A DNA stretch of 64,000 nucleotides from a virus (IMGVR_UViG_3300041955_000143:37290-101289), one strand, 5' to 3'; counted from the stretch's first letter, positions 19,139 through 29,025 are shown. Numbers and translations are program-made. Notes: generated from the letters alone by a model not told the origin.

Positions 19139-21568
19139 TCATGGTCCAACGCCGGTTGGTTCGGGCGGTGCGGACTGCACTTGCCGGTCGAGATCGTTCT
19201 GCGCCGCTTCGTGGAGATGGCCGAGCGCGCCAGACACCAGCTTGTGCCGCCGGTCCTCGACCCCCATAGCCGCGTCGTGGCGACGCTGGGCGGCGCTTTC
19301 CGCTGACCTATGGGCAAGACCCTCCGCAGCCCGTTGCCGCGCTGCACGGCTCGCCATGGTCGCCAGAGCTAGCTTGTGGATGCGATCGGCCGCAGCGTTC
19401 TGATTCTCGACCCCGCGCGCCCGTTCTGCCGCCGCTAGGTCGCCTTGGTGGATAATCTGTTCCCTCGCCACTCCGAGCGAAGCGATTCGCTCCTTGCTCT
19501 GCAATTCCTGCATGCCTTGGGCCGCCTTGATGTCGGCTTCCTTGGCGCGGGTCTGAGCGTCGGCGATCCGAGCCTGTGCCGCCATAATCGTCGCTTGCGC
19601 CGTCAACTGCTCGGGCGGCGGGGGCGGCGGCGGCGAGCCTGGCGCGGGCGGTGGCTTGAAGAAGTCCTGTGCATCGTTAATGCCCATGACGCTCATCGCC
19701 CGCTCGTCGACCTTGTTCATGTCGAGGTTTTGATTCGTCGCCGCCATCTGCCGAAGCGCTACGACCTTGAGATAACGCTCGGTCTGGCTCGAGGTGTTCG
19801 GATCGGCGGCCGGCATCAATTCGCAATCGCTCAGCGCGGCAAGGAACATTGCACGGTGCCGATCTTCCGCCTGTTCCTCGGCATCGGAGACCGGCTGTTG
19901 CCCGGCCATCGCGGTTAACATCTTGAGAACCTTGCTCTTTTTATTGTGCCGCCACAACGCCTCCGGGTCTTCCATCAACAGACTTTTGAGCATATCGAAC
20001 TCTTGGCCTTGGGCTTGGTGCAATCTCTTGTGCACCGCCGACATGAGCTTCGTCGCTTGCTCGATCAGCGCCAAGGTCGTGCCGACCGGAGCGTCCTGCT
20101 TGCCTTCCCCGATTTGGAGCTCGGCCGTGCCGCCGACCCGCTGCGCCGTCGTCGCGATGTTCTCGATTAACTGAATGAAAACGGCGCTCGGGTCCTTGTA
20201 GGGCAGCGGCATGATCGACTGCCGGATGTCCTGCCCGTTGGTGTCGATCGGCATGCCGCCGCCGGGCGGGATGCGGAACTGATTCGTTAACTGCTTCGCC
20301 AGCGATTTGAGGTAGAGGAAGCCGGGGAAGTTGGCGAACATGCCAGCGTCGATCATCAGCCGCCACGCCGCGGTCACCGCCTTCGTGGCGTTGCCGAGTA
20401 CGTTCAAGAGACCGATGCCGTAGAAGCCCAAGCCGGGGATGAAGATATAGGCGATGATCCGGTTCCGCGGCATGCAGAACAGGTCCTCTTCCTCCCAATT
20501 CCTGCGGATTTCGAGGATGCGGCGCGATTCGCGGTCCAGCACCACCTTGTACGGCAACGGCAATCCGGTCTCGACCTGTTCGCCGGTCTTGTCGTCCTTC
20601 AGCGTGTGCTCGAATCCGGGGACTTCGATCTCGCAGTAGCACTCGTATAGTTCGCGGTCCTGGTCGGCCGGTTCTGTATAGGTCGTCGGCGCAATGCCTT
20701 GGACTTGGTCGATCTTGGTCTTGACCGCATCCTTTTGGGTCTGCGCCATGTTCTCTGGAAGCGCGATGTCCAGATATGCGCCGATCAACTGCATCCGCCG
20801 CAACAGGCTCGGCTTCATAAAAATGCGGTGGGTAATGCGGCCCGCGCCGTCAATATCGCTCGCCGTGTTCGAGACGATCAGATCCTCGGCATTGATCGAG
20901 GCAATGACTGGGCGCCGCTTGATCGGATCGTGATAGCCCTTCTTGAACGAAATCCCCGAAAATCCGAGCATCAAGAGCATACGATCGGTGTCGGGATAGT
21001 ATTCCTTGGCAACCTTTATCAGGTAGTGGTTGAGGTCCTTTTCTAGTTCTGTCGCCAGCTTGTCGGCGAGTTCGTTGCCTTCACCGTCGTTCCGGACCTT
21101 GACCGGGCCGTCGCTCGGCAATAGCTCGCCTCGGGCATTGGCTTGGAACCGCAGCACCGCCTCGAGCAATAGCGGATGATCGACCGTGGAGACGCCTTCG
21201 GCTGGCGTTGCTCCGCTCGCCGCAGCGCCGCGGGGATTTTTCACCTGCAGGCCAAGCAACGATATGCCGTTGCTCATGTTCTCAAGCCACTCGGAGCGGC
21301 TTTGCAGGTCTAACTCAATGCCTTGGAGTAGCCTTTCGGCAATCTGGGAAAGGTCGGAGTCTGCCAATAATTCCGCTAGGTTATCGCCGAACTCAGCCGT
21401 TTCCTTGCGCGGTTGCGGTCGTGGCCCGAACGTCACGTCAACCATGCCGTCGGGATTTTCCTGCACTAATGCGCCAGTGTGAACGTCGTAGTCGTCGTCC
21501 GGATTGATAACGACGGTGATCGCCTGCCCGGGCGTGGCACTATCGACGGCGTAGGCGGCGTCCGACAT
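19139..21568 (-). CDS. portal protein (809 aa, P22-like with long C-terminal helical region)
   Basis: Position downstream of terminase, size, internal FIPGLGFYGIGLLN hydrophobic core and long C-terminal Ala/Gln-rich helical tail as in P22-type portals. Confidence 0.6.
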   Translation of the reverse strand: MSDAAYAVDSATPGQAITVVINPDDDYDVHTGALVQENPDGMVDVTFGPRPQPRKETAEFGDNLAELLADSDLSQIAERLLQGIELDLQSRSEWLENMSNGISLLGLQVKNPRGAAASGATPAEGVSTVDHPLLLEAVLRFQANARGELLPSDGPVKVRNDGEGNELADKLATELEKDLNHYLIKVAKEYYPDTDRMLLMLGFSGISFKKGYHDPIKRRPVIASINAEDLIVSNTASDIDGAGRITHRIFMKPSLLRRMQLIGAYLDIALPENMAQTQKDAVKTKIDQVQGIAPTTYTEPADQDRELYECYCEIEVPGFEHTLKDDKTGEQVETGLPLPYKVVLDRESRRILEIRRNWEEEDLFCMPRNRIIAYIFIPGLGFYGIGLLNVLGNATKAVTAAWRLMIDAGMFANFPGFLYLKSLAKQLTNQFRIPPGGGMPIDTNGQDIRQSIMPLPYKDPSAVFIQLIENIATTAQRVGGTAELQIGEGKQDAPVGTTLALIEQATKLMSAVHKRLHQAQGQEFDMLKSLLMEDPEALWRHNKKSKVLKMLTAMAGQQPVSDAEEQAEDRHRAMFLAALSDCELMPAADPNTSSQTERYLKVVALRQMAATNQNLDMNKVDERAMSVMGINDAQDFFKPPPAPGSPPPPPPPEQLTAQATIMAAQARIADAQTRAKEADIKAAQGMQELQSKERIASLGVAREQIIHQGDLAAAERARGVENQNAAADRIHKLALATMASRAARQRAAEGLAHRSAESAAQRRHDAAMGVEDRRHKLVSGALGHLHEAAQNDLDRQVQSAPPEPTGVGP

Positions 21569-21574
21569 CAGGCG

Positions 21575-21793
21575 CTAGACCTTGTGATGAGCATACTTCC
21601 CCTTGATAGCTTTCGAGTAAAAGCCGCCCTTCGAGTCGGCCGCCATGAACCCATCATACACACTTTGCGGGACTTCGACATGGCGGTAGGTTCCGCCGCT
21701 TTTGAATTGCACCTCGAGGGTACGAGTCTCGGGGTCAAAGCCAACAGAGGCGACGTTGCTAGACGTCACTGGTTCGCGCTTTATGTCAGCCAT
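21575..21793 (-). CDS. KTSC-domain protein (72 aa)
   Basis: SSNVASVGFDPETRTLEVQFKSGGTYRHVEVPQSVYDGFMAADSKGGFYSKAIKGKY matches KTSC pattern. Confidence 0.45.
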   Translation of the reverse strand: MADIKREPVTSSNVASVGFDPETRTLEVQFKSGGTYRHVEVPQSVYDGFMAADSKGGFYSKAIKGKYAHHKV

Positions 21794-22050
21794 CTTGCCT
21801 CGATCTGTTGCTTTGTCAGCGCCAACGCAGCGCGGTAACGAGCAAGCATAAGACGCCCAAGCAGCGGCTTTTCTCGCCGCAGGGTTCGATAAAGCCGCGC
21901 CAAATCATTACGCGCCGCCGCGATCTCGGGTATCCGCTTCCACCGCTTATCAGGGACATACGCGCCCTCGCGCTTGATCGCCGCATAGGTCGCCTCAACC
22001 ATTTGCCCTCGTCGCATTAAACACGTCGTCCAGAAACCGTAGTTGGTCAT
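21781..22050 (-). CDS. hypothetical protein (89 aa)
   Basis: Small co-directional ORF between portal and terminase. Confidence 0.3.
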   Translation of the reverse strand: MTNYGFWTTCLMRRGQMVEATYAAIKREGAYVPDKRWKRIPEIAAARNDLARLYRTLRREKPLLGRLMLARYRAALALTKQQIEARWLT

Positions 22051-22183
22051 TTATGACTTTTTGGCCCCAAGCGTCCATTCGCTCAAGCGTGTCGGCGGCC
22101 TCAAGCATTAAGGTGTGCTCTGGCTCAACGGCATGGGACGACGCTTGAAATCTTAGTCTCTCGATCAAATTCGTCTCAGCCAT
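21995..22183 (-). CDS. hypothetical protein (62 aa)
   Basis: Small co-directional ORF. Confidence 0.25.
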   Translation of the reverse strand: MAETNLIERLRFQASSHAVEPEHTLMLEAADTLERMDAWGQKVINDQLRFLDDVFNATRANG

Positions 22184-22490
22184 GGGCTGCGTCCTTCTCG
22201 ATCCGGAAGCTGTAGCCCTCGGCGAGATTCTTCACCTCGCCGCAATAGAGGTCGGCGATCTTATGCTCGTCCATAATCATTCCCGCTGGTTCGGTAAGCC
22301 AAACCTCATAGGTCGACCAGCCGAACGGATTTGCCTTCCCGTTCCGCAAGTCGATCCCTTCTGTGATGTCCTTGCCGTTCTTTGTAAAGGTCAGCCTCTC
22401 AGCCATTCCCGGCCTCATCGCCAAAGTAGAGTTGCCCAAAATGCTTGCGACAATCTTTATACTCAACAGCGCACATTTCGCCGACAACAT
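22176..22490 (-). CDS. hypothetical protein (104 aa)
   Basis: Small co-directional ORF. Confidence 0.3.
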   Translation of the reverse strand: MLSAKCALLSIKIVASILGNSTLAMRPGMAERLTFTKNGKDITEGIDLRNGKANPFGWSTYEVWLTEPAGMIMDEHKIADLYCGEVKNLAEGYSFRIEKDAAHG

Positions 22491-22540
22491 GACCTTCGAT
22501 GGTAAGCGGTCGTCGAGTGGCTACGGCATGGCGTTTTCGC

Positions 22541-22786
22541 TCAGCCATTCCCGCCCCCCTCGACCGCCTTCATTAAATCCGTGAAACTATCGACCGCGCG
22601 TTGGACGTGGCGTCCTTCAACAATATCTAAGAGCGTGATCGCAAAGCCAAGCCCTTCCGGCTCTGGAAATCGACAGCCGACGATGACAGTGCCGTCTTCT
22701 TGTCCCTCGATGAAATAGCCCTCCGGAATCGGATGGAGGGCGGCGGTGATCTCGTTAACGGCGTTGAGGTTTACCATCACCGCCAA
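22541..22786 (-). CDS. hypothetical protein (81 aa)
   Basis: Small co-directional ORF. Confidence 0.3.
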   Translation of the reverse strand: MAVMVNLNAVNEITAALHPIPEGYFIEGQEDGTVIVGCRFPEPEGLGFAITLLDIVEGRHVQRAVDSFTDLMKAVEGGGNG

Positions 22787-23016
22787 CCTTCATTGAGAAG
22801 TTCAACAAGCAAATCAGCATGGCTCCTCACGGCGTCGATGGCTTTCGTCTTATCCGCGGGGTGGAATGCTGCTGTAATCATCTTGTAGTGGGCCATTCCA
22901 AGGATCGAGCCGGCATCCTTTGGATTATATTCCCTGAGCAGACCGAGAAGATCGTCGGCCGCTAGATCAATTTCTCGATCCGATACGTTTTTGTGCTCGC
23001 GAGACGCCGACCTCAT
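22777..23016 (-). CDS. hypothetical protein (79 aa)
   Basis: Small co-directional ORF. Confidence 0.3.
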   Translation of the reverse strand: MRSASREHKNVSDREIDLAADDLLGLLREYNPKDAGSILGMAHYKMITAAFHPADKTKAIDAVRSHADLLVELLNEGWR

Positions 23017-23288
23017 CCGCGCACCGGCAGGATGCGCGACTGCTGAGGATTCATCATGCTGTTTAGAAGTAGGGTCGACAGCATTCCGACGCCCGCATAC
23101 ATATCGCCTTTTCGGCCGCCGACGATTATTGGCGCAATTCCGCCGACCGAATTGACCGCGACAATCGCGAGCGAATCCAGTTGGCCCATCTTCGCGTTTG
23201 CCAATAGGTCTTCAAGCACCTTGATTATTGGGTTCTGGATCCGCAGCGGCGGGATTCCGTCAAGTGCGATGCCATTCTGATCGTTCAT
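23013..23288 (-). CDS. hypothetical protein (91 aa)
   Basis: Small co-directional ORF, 4-nt coupling. Confidence 0.3.
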   Translation of the reverse strand: MNDQNGIALDGIPPLRIQNPIIKVLEDLLANAKMGQLDSLAIVAVNSVGGIAPIIVGGRKGDMYAGVGMLSTLLLNSMMNPQQSRILPVRG

Positions 23289-23473
23289 TTTTGGCCCTCT
23301 TTCTGTAGAGATACGACTGGAAGCGTGACCAGCTTCCGCTTCGGATTTGGGTCGCCGTGGTAGGTGTATTTTTCTTCCGCCTTGGCTTTTGCGGCTTGCA
23401 TCAACGCCCTGCGGCGCACTTCCTTGGATTGAAAAGCCTTGCCGTAGTCCACCATCACAGGCCGCCCCACCAC
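23285..23473 (-). CDS. hypothetical protein (62 aa)
   Basis: Small co-directional ORF. Confidence 0.25.
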   Translation of the reverse strand: MVGRPVMVDYGKAFQSKEVRRRALMQAAKAKAEEKYTYHGDPNPKRKLVTLPVVSLQKEGQK

Positions 23474-23676
23474 CCCTTGCAGATCGTAAGCGTTACACCG
23501 AGCTTGTGCATGTAGTAAATCGCCACGATCATTCGCCCTTCGCTAATCGCTGCGCCGCATAGCAGGCCGACACAGAACATAACCGCTAGTCTGGCTATGC
23601 CGGAAACCGGCGCTCCCAGCGCCTCTTTTCTCGGCGGGTCAGCAGCGCCTCTACCGGCCATGTTAATATCAGCCAC
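23455..23676 (-). CDS. small membrane protein (73 aa)
   Basis: Hydrophobic stretch IARLAVMFCVGLLCGAAI. Confidence 0.25.
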   Translation of the reverse strand: MADINMAGRGAADPPRKEALGAPVSGIARLAVMFCVGLLCGAAISEGRMIVAIYYMHKLGVTLTICKGWWGGL

Positions 23677-23882
23677 AGTGACCTCACGTTAGTCCTCGAC
23701 CCCTGCCAGCCTTTCGGGCGGCGCCGCTTCGTCGGCGCGGATTGCCGACTTAGCAAACACGCTCAATACCTGCGGCACCTTGGCCGCTTCGGCCTCTGCC
23801 TCTATCGCGGAATGGGCGAGCACATCGACCCAGAGCTCTACCGAGCGCTTGACGCGGACCCGCCATTGGGCCGGGCGCGGCA

Positions 23883-24110
23883 TCAGGAGCGCCACCGATA
23901 TAGCAGCCGCATATTAGCGGCGGGCATTGGCCATACCTCAAATCCGTTCTTTGATCTTCGGTGAAAATAGACTGGGAAACCGTAATCGTTTGGCCGATCT
24001 TTTTGAACGTGGCCCCATGTAGGATCATCGACTTCGAGCAGCTCAATCGTGGAGGGCTGCGGATCAAGCCATTCCGCAATCGACCGGAGCATTCGAGCAA
24101 GAGATTTCAT
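23883..24110 (-). CDS. hypothetical protein (~75 aa)
   Basis: ORF open to 24248 but Met47 start couples (ATGA) to upstream zinc-ribbon gene. Confidence 0.3.
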   Translation of the reverse strand: MKSLARMLRSIAEWLDPQPSTIELLEVDDPTWGHVQKDRPNDYGFPVYFHRRSKNGFEVWPMPAANMRLLYRWRS

Positions 24111-24322
24111 CGTTTGTCTCCAAACACCTTGTCCCATTCCGCGTTCATTAGCTGGATGGAGCGTTGGAACGTTGGCGAATTTTGGATACGGTCGTATCGG
24201 TGTGCATACGCTTCTGCGTCGAAACGACCAAGGCTCGGAAAATAGCACGGCCCCGCAAATTCACAGCCATAGAGGTATCGAAATGCGGTCGCGCCGCAGC
24301 GAGGACAAACGAGATTTGCCAT
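24107..24322 (-). CDS. small zinc-ribbon protein (71 aa)
   Basis: CPRCG...C..C pattern; directly downstream of terminase. Confidence 0.3.
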   Translation of the reverse strand: MANLVCPRCGATAFRYLYGCEFAGPCYFPSLGRFDAEAYAHRYDRIQNSPTFQRSIQLMNAEWDKVFGDKR

Positions 24323-24324
24323 GT

Positions 24325-26118
24325 CTATCCACCTACCCCGTAGGCGTTTGCGACCGTATCGTGCGGTGGGCCTTTGTAGCGCATTTCGTCTTCAAGGAGA
24401 CTACTCATCTCCTCAGCGCGCACAAGCAATCCTTGCTCGCGGAGCCAGCCGATCGCCATGCTGCAAGAATCCACCAGGTCGTCATGCTCGCCTCTGGGGA
24501 ACAACTCATTTTGCTGGATCGTATCCTCCGCCCATTTCGTGTTCGGAGCCCAGATAGCTCCATCGGTAAACATCGGCACGATCGAATGTGCCCGCGAAAC
24601 CTTGTCACCGACCGGGTTGACCATCCAGATTCCCCAATTCTCGCGGGCGTAGAGCCGCCGAATTTCGTTCGCGACGTCATGGCCGCGAGTCTTGTTCTCG
24701 ATCAAAAGCCGGTTGACCTTGTAGCGCTTGCAGGTATCGGCAACCCATTCGACCAGGCCCCATTCGTGCTGCTGGCGAGAGGTGAAACTGACCTTGGCCT
24801 CGCCGGGCCGCGCCGAGATCACCTTGCCGTGAAGCGGCAACCGCTTCGCCCACGCAAACATCAGCATCGCGCGGCGGTTCTTGTTGACGTCGACCCAGAT
24901 GCCCCAGACCGTCAAGGCGTTAAAGTCGTTCTCGGTTTTCTCGCCGAGCGCGGTGTCGAGGCTGGCGACGATCAGATCGCACAGCGGAAACTCCTTGCGG
25001 TTCTCATTCCACTCCAAGCCATAAACCTTGGCCGCAGTTCCATCCCAAGTCTGCCACCAGTCTCGTTTGATGATGCCGCCTCCCTTCGGAATAGGCGATT
25101 GCTGCAGACGACCACTCGCCATATAGATTCCGAGCGTACTCTTGATTCGGCGCAACTCTTTCTGCCCAAACCGTTCTGGCCACATCAGTTCGTCAGGTTC
25201 AGTGCGTGGGTCCTCGAAAAACACCTCCTCGCAATCGTCAACGTCCTCGTCGAAGAACGACTCGATCATGTCGCTGCCAGTGCGGTATCCGTTCACCCAT
25301 CGCCGCGGCACGTACTCCATGGGAATAACCAGCGTGCAGTATTCCTCTTGCCCCGCGAGCACTATGCCCGAGAGATCGCCCTGGTGAAGGCGCTGCATGT
25401 TCAGGACGATGGCGCTTTGCTTAGGATCGTTGAGGCGCGTCGATGATAACTCCTGCCACCAGCTTGCGACCTTGCGCCGATCAGCGTCGGTCTCGATCTT
25501 TTTTTCAGTCTCGGTGTTGTGGGGATCGTCCACGGAAATAATGTCACCGCCGAGCCCTAGAAGCGAACCGCTAACCGACGTGGCAATACGCGACCCACCT
25601 TCAGTGTTGTCGAAATGGTGCTTCGCAGCCTGGTCGATGCGCAGCGTAAAACGATCCGCCCAATAGCGTTGATAGAACGGACTGAGCAATAGCCGGCGTG
25701 TCTGGTTCGAGGCTGTCAGTGAAAGCCGCTCGTTATAGCTACCACTAAGAAACGCTACCTGCGGCCCGCTGAGAAAGGTACGTTCGGACCGCGCCCATAT
25801 CCAGGCGTTCCAAGCCACTGAAACCATTTTGGTTTTGCCGGTCCTTGGGGGCTGATTTATGAGCAGCCGCAGGATGTGACCTTCTGTGACGGCCTGAAGG
25901 TGGTCGCAAACGGCACCTATAATCCACGAATCTTGGAACGGAGCCGAATCAATCGAAGGCCACGCCGCCTCGAGGAAATCGCGGAAGCTATTTTCGTATA
26001 GCTCTCGTTCCTCACGCCAGTTTCTCTCGCGGAGTTTTGAGCGGAGAATGTCTACACGCTCAATAATGTCGGGGGTGATGGTTTGGTCGGTCATCGCATC
26101 GCGTCGTGGCCAGACCAA
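24325..26118 (-). CDS. terL: terminase large subunit
   Basis: 597 aa; Walker A-like NQPPRTGKTKM, Walker B-like GGDIISVDDPHNTE, C-terminal nuclease-type acidic residues (HDDLVDS); size and position before portal. Confidence 0.8.
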   Translation of the reverse strand: MVWPRRDAMTDQTITPDIIERVDILRSKLRERNWREERELYENSFRDFLEAAWPSIDSAPFQDSWIIGAVCDHLQAVTEGHILRLLINQPPRTGKTKMVSVAWNAWIWARSERTFLSGPQVAFLSGSYNERLSLTASNQTRRLLLSPFYQRYWADRFTLRIDQAAKHHFDNTEGGSRIATSVSGSLLGLGGDIISVDDPHNTETEKKIETDADRRKVASWWQELSSTRLNDPKQSAIVLNMQRLHQGDLSGIVLAGQEEYCTLVIPMEYVPRRWVNGYRTGSDMIESFFDEDVDDCEEVFFEDPRTEPDELMWPERFGQKELRRIKSTLGIYMASGRLQQSPIPKGGGIIKRDWWQTWDGTAAKVYGLEWNENRKEFPLCDLIVASLDTALGEKTENDFNALTVWGIWVDVNKNRRAMLMFAWAKRLPLHGKVISARPGEAKVSFTSRQQHEWGLVEWVADTCKRYKVNRLLIENKTRGHDVANEIRRLYARENWGIWMVNPVGDKVSRAHSIVPMFTDGAIWAPNTKWAEDTIQQNELFPRGEHDDLVDSCSMAIGWLREQGLLVRAEEMSSLLEDEMRYKGPPHDTVANAYGVGG

Positions 26119-26426
26119 AGCATCGCCCGATGCTCATCGGCCTGTTCTGGCGTTCCCATTGGTTTGCCGCGTCGGCGGTTCATTGCCATGTGGGCGAGTT
26201 GGCGCAACGTGATTGCCCGTGCGCCATGCTGTAGCGCGAGCACTTTCTTTGATTGCGTGATGTCGTAATGGTCGCCTTGGAACCACTTGCGGGCAACGCC
26301 GATCTTGTCGGCCATCGCGTGCAGTTCGGCCTCGGTATCGGCAATCATGTGGCTCATAACGTAGGTGCGGCCCTTGCGGTGTTTTGGCTCAAAGTCGGCC
26401 TTCATGTCATCAACGTAGACGGTCAT
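26091..26426 (-). CDS. DUF4031-family phage protein
   Basis: MTVYVDD...RKGR..MSHMIADT.EELH..A.KIGV..WFQGDHYDI matches DUF4031 signature. Confidence 0.5.
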   Translation of the reverse strand: MTVYVDDMKADFEPKHRKGRTYVMSHMIADTEAELHAMADKIGVARKWFQGDHYDITQSKKVLALQHGARAITLRQLAHMAMNRRRGKPMGTPEQADEHRAMLWSGHDAMR

Positions 26427-26725
26427 CGCGGCAGTTCCGAAAGCGGCTTAAGCTGTGTCCAGCGGCCTTCTTTTGTCCTGCCATAGACGCCGGTTTGAGT
26501 TACGACGATGCGGTCGAAGACTCCTTCAAACGCATGGGCGCCAACGAGATCATCGGGCGGTACGGGCGGATAGACTTCCTCACGGCAGCGCGGCTTGGAC
26601 ACAATGGTGTAACCCGCTTTATCGAGTTCACGCATTATGCCGTTGATGTCGCAGACTTGGCCGCCGCCCAAATCAATAGCTTTCCAGATCGGATCGTCTT
26701 CGTTGAGAATCGGATGTTCGGTCAT
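26423..26725 (-). CDS. hypothetical protein (100 aa)
   Basis: ORF with 4-nt coupling. Confidence 0.35.
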   Translation of the reverse strand: MTEHPILNEDDPIWKAIDLGGGQVCDINGIMRELDKAGYTIVSKPRCREEVYPPVPPDDLVGAHAFEGVFDRIVVTQTGVYGRTKEGRWTQLKPLSELPR

Positions 26726-27177
26726 ATGAAGCCCCGCTCTTGGGCCAGCCAGACTGGAATCGTAAATGTACCGTCCCTGTTATCTTCCACCAAGTATTTA
26801 GGGAACCAATCCGTGCGAATGCCGTCATGCAGGCGAATCGCCTTGTCAGTCTCGCCTCTGACCTCGGCTTCTATGTCGACTAATTCGCGCTTGCCGCCGG
26901 TCGGCTGGCCGGCGACGTGGCGGATCGAATATACTTCGTAGTTAACGATGGCGTCGGCCGGGAGCGCGTTCGAGAGTGCGACTTGCCAGCGCCGCCAGCC
27001 TCGGTGGCCGGGCTTGAATTGGACCGTGAATTGCACCGTGAAAACGTGTCGGCCGCCGAACTCTAGCGCGTCCTCAAGGTGTCGGGCGAAGTACGTGCCC
27101 TTGCGGAAGCCGTCACGCAAGATCGCCCGCGCCTTGCGCGCGCTCGTCGTCCCGTGCCACCAAATTATTTGCTTCAC
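26722..27177 (-). CDS. hypothetical protein (151 aa)
   Basis: ORF with coupling; no recognised domain. Confidence 0.4.
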   Translation of the reverse strand: MKQIIWWHGTTSARKARAILRDGFRKGTYFARHLEDALEFGGRHVFTVQFTVQFKPGHRGWRRWQVALSNALPADAIVNYEVYSIRHVAGQPTGGKRELVDIEAEVRGETDKAIRLHDGIRTDWFPKYLVEDNRDGTFTIPVWLAQERGFI

Positions 27178-27470
27178 CCTTTCCGACTCCCCACGTAGGT
27201 TCCGGCGAAGGCGCCGGCAGCGGCGACTAACAGCAAAGCCGGATTATGAACGTAGCTCAAGATCACCGCGCCCTGGAAGATCACGCACAACGCCGCGTAA
27301 TTGGACGCCCGCAGACGGCGCCCGGTCGCGACGGATAGCGTGTATCGCGCAAACACGAAGTCGAGCGCGAACATTCCGAAGAATGCAATCAGGGCTTCCT
27401 TCATGCGCGCTTCACGTAGTCGGTCTCGGCTCATCGTGGCCTCTTGACCCACCGATACCCACTCTCGCAT
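27174..27470 (-). CDS. small membrane protein (98 aa, 3 TM)
   Basis: Hydrophobic helices throughout. Confidence 0.35.
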   Translation of the reverse strand: MREWVSVGQEATMSRDRLREARMKEALIAFFGMFALDFVFARYTLSVATGRRLRASNYAALCVIFQGAVILSYVHNPALLLVAAAGAFAGTYVGSRKG

Positions 27471-27655
27471 TTCGCATCGTAGTGGAGATATGTGCCAGCC
27501 GGTCCGGTTTTAAGCGTCGTGACGCCAGCGACGCGATCACCGTAGGAAGCACAAGGTTCGTCGGATACGGAAATATAGGCCACGGTGACGAGTGTAACGG
27601 CCGCAGTTGCCGCCAATCCAGCGATAACGAGGATCTGCCAGTTCCGCCGTTTCAT
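27431..27655 (-). CDS. small secreted/membrane-anchored protein (74 aa)
   Basis: N-terminal signal-like MKRRNWQILVIAGLAATAAVTLVTVAY. Confidence 0.3.
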   Translation of the reverse strand: MKRRNWQILVIAGLAATAAVTLVTVAYISVSDEPCASYGDRVAGVTTLKTGPAGTYLHYDAKCESGYRWVKRPR

Positions 27656-28560
27656 TTCTCGACCTCCGCAGGCTTTGAAGGCAGATAGGCGGCACGCAGA
27701 ACTTCAAGGTCGACGCCTTTGCCGGCGCGATCGAGCGAACGGATGGTTGCGTATTGCGCCCGATAGCCGCGTTCGTGCTCGATCACCGTCCCCCAAAGCC
27801 AAACGGTCCCGAACACTCCTGATCCCTGAATCTCGCCGTAAAACTCATGGGCAAGTTCGTAAGGATCCTTGAAGGCCCAAATGCCTGCGGTGTTGTGATC
27901 GTCGATCTCCAGCCCTTTGCCGATCTTGTCCTGCATCGGCTGGCCGGGGAACCACGCACTTCCGGCGCTGTAGCTCCGAAGCAGATTCCCGCCTTCGACT
28001 TTCCATGCACGATGACCAATCAGTTCTCCAACCGTCGGCGCGGTGCGCGGCAAAGGCTTGTGCGCGGCAACCGGATCCTTGTACGGCAGCGGCACAAAAC
28101 TAGGATTACCGACGTAAAGAGTTTGTTGGAGCAGAGCTCGTTGATGCGTCATCTCCTTTATCAAATCTGACATCGTCACACCGGGCGACAACGCCATTAT
28201 CGAGCCGGGGTTTGCTCTGGCGAGTGCGGTATACTCGGCTGCGGTGAGCGGTCGGGGGCTTGGGGCTGCGGGTCCGAAACTCGGCGCCGCTCCCCCGGAG
28301 TTTCCTGCGGGGTGTTGTGCAATGGCAAGATTTCGTGGCGTTTGATCGGATTGCCGATGTTGCTCATTCGTGTTTCCTTTCGGGTTTTTCAACAAATAAC
28401 GGATGATAGCGTTGTAGACCTCCATTCCGCTTGCGCGAGGAATGACGTTGCCGACTATCCCGTCAATAAATCGGAAATCGCCAGTCGTCAGATTTGATTC
28501 GATGATCCAATTAGGCGGGACCGGAAGCCCCATAAAACTCGTTAAGCTAGCTAGCGCCAT
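27652..28560 (-). CDS. hypothetical protein (302 aa)
   Basis: Long ORF, no recognised domain. Confidence 0.45.
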   Translation of the reverse strand: MALASLTSFMGLPVPPNWIIESNLTTGDFRFIDGIVGNVIPRASGMEVYNAIIRYLLKNPKGNTNEQHRQSDQTPRNLAIAQHPAGNSGGAAPSFGPAAPSPRPLTAAEYTALARANPGSIMALSPGVTMSDLIKEMTHQRALLQQTLYVGNPSFVPLPYKDPVAAHKPLPRTAPTVGELIGHRAWKVEGGNLLRSYSAGSAWFPGQPMQDKIGKGLEIDDHNTAGIWAFKDPYELAHEFYGEIQGSGVFGTVWLWGTVIEHERGYRAQYATIRSLDRAGKGVDLEVLRAAYLPSKPAEVEK

Positions 28561-28563
28561 ATC

Positions 28564-29025
28564 CTAAACTCCCTCTGATGGCGTCGGCGGAGTTTTAGCC
28601 GCCTCCACAGCGGCAACCCGTTCCCCGACCATCGCCGCGACGTCAATCGATTCGCGGACTTTGTCGGTGAATATGGCAACCAGCGGCAATAGGCCGAACA
28701 TCGACCGCTCGAAGCATACCGATTCTTTGCCGTCGACGGTAGCGACATACGCTTTAACCCCCGGCAACCCACAGATCACGTTCGGGTCATCGTAGCCTTG
28801 CGCTTTTGCCATCTCGCCGGCAACGGCAACCTCATGCTCAAGGCCAGCGTTAGCCACAGTCGCATTCCACTCGTCTCGGACCGCATCGAACATGGCAACC
28901 ATCAGCGCGGTAATGACAGCGCGATCGACCGTAAGCTGGCCGCTAACTTCCTTCGCAACTAGTTCCTTGGCTGCAGCGCGGAGCGATGCACTGGCCTCGG
29001 CATACGCAGAAACAGGCTCGTTCAC
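28564..29025 (-). CDS. hypothetical protein (153 aa)
   Basis: ORF. Confidence 0.4.
   Translation of the reverse strand: MNEPVSAYAEASASLRAAAKELVAKEVSGQLTVDRAVITALMVAMFDAVRDEWNATVANAGLEHEVAVAGEMAKAQGYDDPNVICGLPGVKAYVATVDGKESVCFERSMFGLLPLVAIFTDKVRESIDVAAMVGERVAAVEAAKTPPTPSEGV

Noticed and set aside
19941-20642. 233-aa minus-strand ORF inside the portal gene
   Set aside because: Different frame of the portal CDS; Arg/Gly-rich artefact
24049-25446. 465-aa plus-strand ORF
   Set aside because: Antisense to the terminase large subunit, whose motifs are clear
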